Shown here in pieces: positions 61,425 through 64,000 of a stretch of DNA of 64,000 nucleotides. The stretch's first letter is position 1. The number at the start of each line of letters is the position of its first letter. Location: NCBI GenBank assembly GCA_043228905.1, contig JBHGNT010000001.1:3348001-3412000 (forward strand). The letters run 5' to 3'. The translations under genes were made by a program, and so were the position numbers. The notes below the pieces were generated by a model. The model saw only the letters and a list, made by a program, of their open reading frames with translations. It made no database searches and was not told the DNA's origin. This stretch comes from Azolla caroliniana. Its lineage: Eukaryota > Plantae > Polypodiophyta.

Positions 61425-61934
61425 TTTCTCCTTTTCCTCCTTTAGCCGGTCGTAAGCATGATGTCCTTGTTAACTCTTAGGGCCGGACAATGGCCTAACA
61501 TAGGGTGTCTACGGAGGACACTTCACCAAAGGGGTGTTACGGCAACAGGATTAGACTCAACGCTTAATCCGAGTTAATTAGGTTACTTAGCAAGATCGTC
61601 CTTAATAATCACACGCGTAAGATATAACAATGAATGTTGAACGGCAATTAACACAGAGATAACAACACTAAGCTTTATTAATTAACCGTTGTTCATTACA
61701 TTGTATCCGGGCCTTTAAATAGGTTTCCGGTCTGTATTACAAAACGGTGCCATCCGCACCTGTTCGGGATCGGTCTGGATCCGGAACGGCATACCGATTC
61801 CAGTCCGTCCGTCCACATCTACTCATATATTACTATATATTTTAAGACTACTAATTACAACAGTTCCCGAATAAACTATTCCTTTTCACACTCTGGTTTG
61901 GACCTCCTTAAGCCTTCTTGCCAGCCGGTAACAG

Positions 61935-63339
61935 GCGGCAATTAGGCAGCAAGAAATTACAAACCTCAAGAAGTCGATGGAGGACGCACGCAACCGTTGC
62001 CAGGCCATCACAGACAACGTGCGTATTGACGGGAACTCAAGGCTCCTTATGTCCAACGCTCGGCCACAACCGAGCTTCTTTTCATACGCAGAAAACAGGA
62101 AACAAATGCACAACACAGTGGAGAGAAAAAAAAAAAATACACAGGAGGTTTACGTGGAAAACCCCAAACTAGGGGAAAAACCACGGTAGCCCACAGGCTG
62201 CAAACTGTCACTATGTAAGAATGTACAAAACAGAGAGTTCACGGAGGCAACGACCTCGGACTCACAATCTTCGCCACAGACGACGGTTACAGCAGAGGCA
62301 ACGACCTCTATCTCTCTCTCCCTCTCTCTCTATACACAGTTACGCGTTCTCACTTCTTCTTGCACCAACAAGTGAATGACAACCACAACAGTCACTAAAA
62401 GTTTGCCCTAAGTCATATTTATACTAATATGACTTTTCGGCTATTTACAAATGTAGCCTCGATGGGCTCTCAGAAACATATTTACGAATATGTCTCTTCA
62501 TCCGGTTCTCATCGGGTCTGTACCATCCGGCTCTCCGTAGCCGGGTACTCCTCATACTGTTTCCCAACACGTATCCTTCTCCAAACAAATCGGGAGAGGT
62601 TCACAACGCAATTGAAAACGGCGTTGGACAAAGGATGGATGGCGTGGGCAACCCAAGCATAGGAATTCCACACGTATCGTGCGAACTGGGAGAACCGGCG
62701 AAAAGACGGCCAAGGTTTCTATAAACTAAATGAGGAGAGAATTGCGGCCATACGCGAGGACCTAGCGCAAGACTATCATGCGTTAGGGGACCAACATTCC
62801 GAAGAACTCGCGCAACTCTTAGATGATTTTGGTGAAAGCCAAGAGGAGCTATTTTACCAGATCACACAAGTTGGCAACACGCGAACAAATGAGGAATCCA
62901 GCGCGACGCCAATTCCGGGAGCAACGCGGACCGACGAGCGGAGTCCCCCACGGTACCAGACAGTGAAACCGCTGCCCAAGAGGAGCTCCATCCGCAGGAG
63001 CCCACGCTATCGGAGGACCACACGGAGAACGTTGCGGGCCAGGCGGAATTGCAGCCCCACTCCCCAGAGCGTACAAAGACGGCCGACACCACGGAGGAAG
63101 TAACGATTGAGACAGAGCCGCGGCCAACCACAAGCACAACGACGGCGGAGCCCAACCCACTAGCTCAAGAAGAGCCCACCGTACCCGGACCGCCCACACA
63201 CGACGATTGCGACACCGGGAGAAGCCATTCCGACCAAACAGGGGAACCACACCACAATGCACCTACAGGCCCTACGTCGCCTCCGGACGCAGACACCATA
63301 GCAGAGCCAAACATCCGGGCCATTTTGGAAGAAGATTAA
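61935..63339 (+). pseudogene. Element D accessory ORF remnant (split by the solo LTR)
   Basis: Removing 62027-62574 rejoins ..AITDNVR-ILLQTNRERF..WMAWATQA*EFHTYRANWENRRKDGQGFYKL..IREDLAQDYHAL; ends EPNIRAILEED*. Confidence 0.75.
62027..62569 (-). mobile_element. Solo LTR of the copia A family (543 bp)
   Basis: TSD CGTAT (62022-62026 and 62570-62574); collinear with 42168-43132 but with only about one 54-bp unit. Confidence 0.93.
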
Positions 63340-63344
63340 CAGGA

Positions 63345-63384
63345 GGGGTCCAACGTGCCAGGGCACTGTCCCACAGGCGTGCCA
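63345..63384 (+). other. tRNA-Arg 3'-end-like sequence at the PPT position of element D
   Basis: GGGGTCCAA-cgtgccagggcact-GTCCCACAGGCGTGCCA-gg-|TGTTGT (LTR). Confidence 0.75.
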
Positions 63385-64000
63385 GGTGTTGTCCGCCGAA
63401 ATAGTAACCGACGGACAAGAGCGTAGGAATAAGAAATAATATAAGATCATAACGCATGTAACGGTTCACGCAGGAAGTGTGAACAACTAAATAAACCTTG
63501 TATATATAAAGGGCAGAAAAACTCTGATAGAAGGGGCGTGTAATTTTGAGAGTAAAGAAGCGTATCGTAATAGAATTCTATCTTCTCTGAAAATCTGTGT
63601 ATAGCTACGGCTAATCTACTATGTGTCTGGAATACCTGAGAGTGTAAGAACGTGAATGTGTAACCACTGATAAGGAGTCGGTTGTAGCCGTCTCCCTTAT
63701 ACGCTGCTAGGTTACGGGGAACATTCCCCTACGTATTACGCATAGACGCCAGCATTCGTTGTTTCACAATCACTTGGAGGTCTAGGTCGAAGGACTGACC
63801 GCAGACCATGTTCCTAATCGGTAACAGATGGTTCAAATATGCCTCGGTGGCCTCGCACCACGGTTCGGCGCGATGCGAACCGCCGTTCTAGCACGTGAGA
63901 AATCTCCCTCCTTGTTCGAGCTCCAATCAATGCTATTGGTCGAAGAAAACCACATGCGTACAAGGAGCAATGAGTCGGGAGGCCACATGCTCTACACTCA

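Larger units (their letters stand above)
59824..61933 (-). mobile_element. Element E: relative of D with two LTRs and only the accessory ORF (no gag-pol)
   Basis: 5' LTR 61933-61535 (TGTTAC...GTAACA); truncated 3' LTR 60065 to ~59824; minus-strand TATA; internal ORF and pre-LTR motif homologous to the D 3' region; left TSD lost. Confidence 0.8.
54671..63826 (+). mobile_element. Ty3/gypsy non-chromovirus element D (degenerate, carrying nested insertions)
   Basis: TSD GATGG (54666-54670 and 63827-63831); LTRs 54671-55082 and 63387-63826 (TGTTGTCCG...CGGTAACA); PBS-like TGGCACGCTTGGTG at 55087-55100; domain order gag-PR-RT. Confidence 0.93.
53703..64000 (+). mobile_element. Ty1/copia element C: 5' LTR 53703-54074, PBS, gag split by element D; continues beyond the window
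   Basis: TGTTG...TTACA then TGGTATTAGAGC (iMet PBS, 54075-54086); gag EKLDRNNFAFWEYKM..KEAWENL..LRQELNN (54231-54670) resumes as MVQICLGGLAPRF..ELQSMLLVEE after 63826. Confidence 0.92.

Noticed and set aside
61535-61933. Solo LTR interpretation
   Set aside because: Flanks AGGGG and GGCGG do not form a TSD; better explained as the 5' LTR of element E

Overview
Eukaryotic land-plant nuclear DNA; the transposon content suggests a fern-like large genome (inference). Three host genes are supported. (1) A two-exon, minus-strand, triple-CCCH zinc-finger gene with a Q/Y/G/P-rich tail (2536-5126). (2) A ~1018-aa repeat protein ending in a transmembrane helix plus PPPT, a plant KASH-like tail (24800-28493). 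(3) A multi-exon GNAT acetyltransferase (32756-34421+, minus). The rest is retroelement DNA: degenerate L1 LINEs, Tcn1-like chromovirus remnants, solo LTRs and a SINE-like element. From 41 kb to the end is a nest, mostly resolved by target-site duplications (TSDs). A LINE (G) holds copia A, whose 5' LTR holds an intact young copia B. G also holds copia C, which holds gypsy D, which holds elements F and E and a solo LTR. The most unusual signal is in related elements D and E. Each carries an extra coiled-coil ORF. Each also lacks a polypurine tract (PPT) before the 3' LTR and instead has a copy of a tRNA-Arg 3' end (...GTCCCACxGGCGTGCCA), i.e. an inverted primer-binding site (PBS), ending 2 nt before the LTR. 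All alignments were made by eye, so identity figures are approximate.
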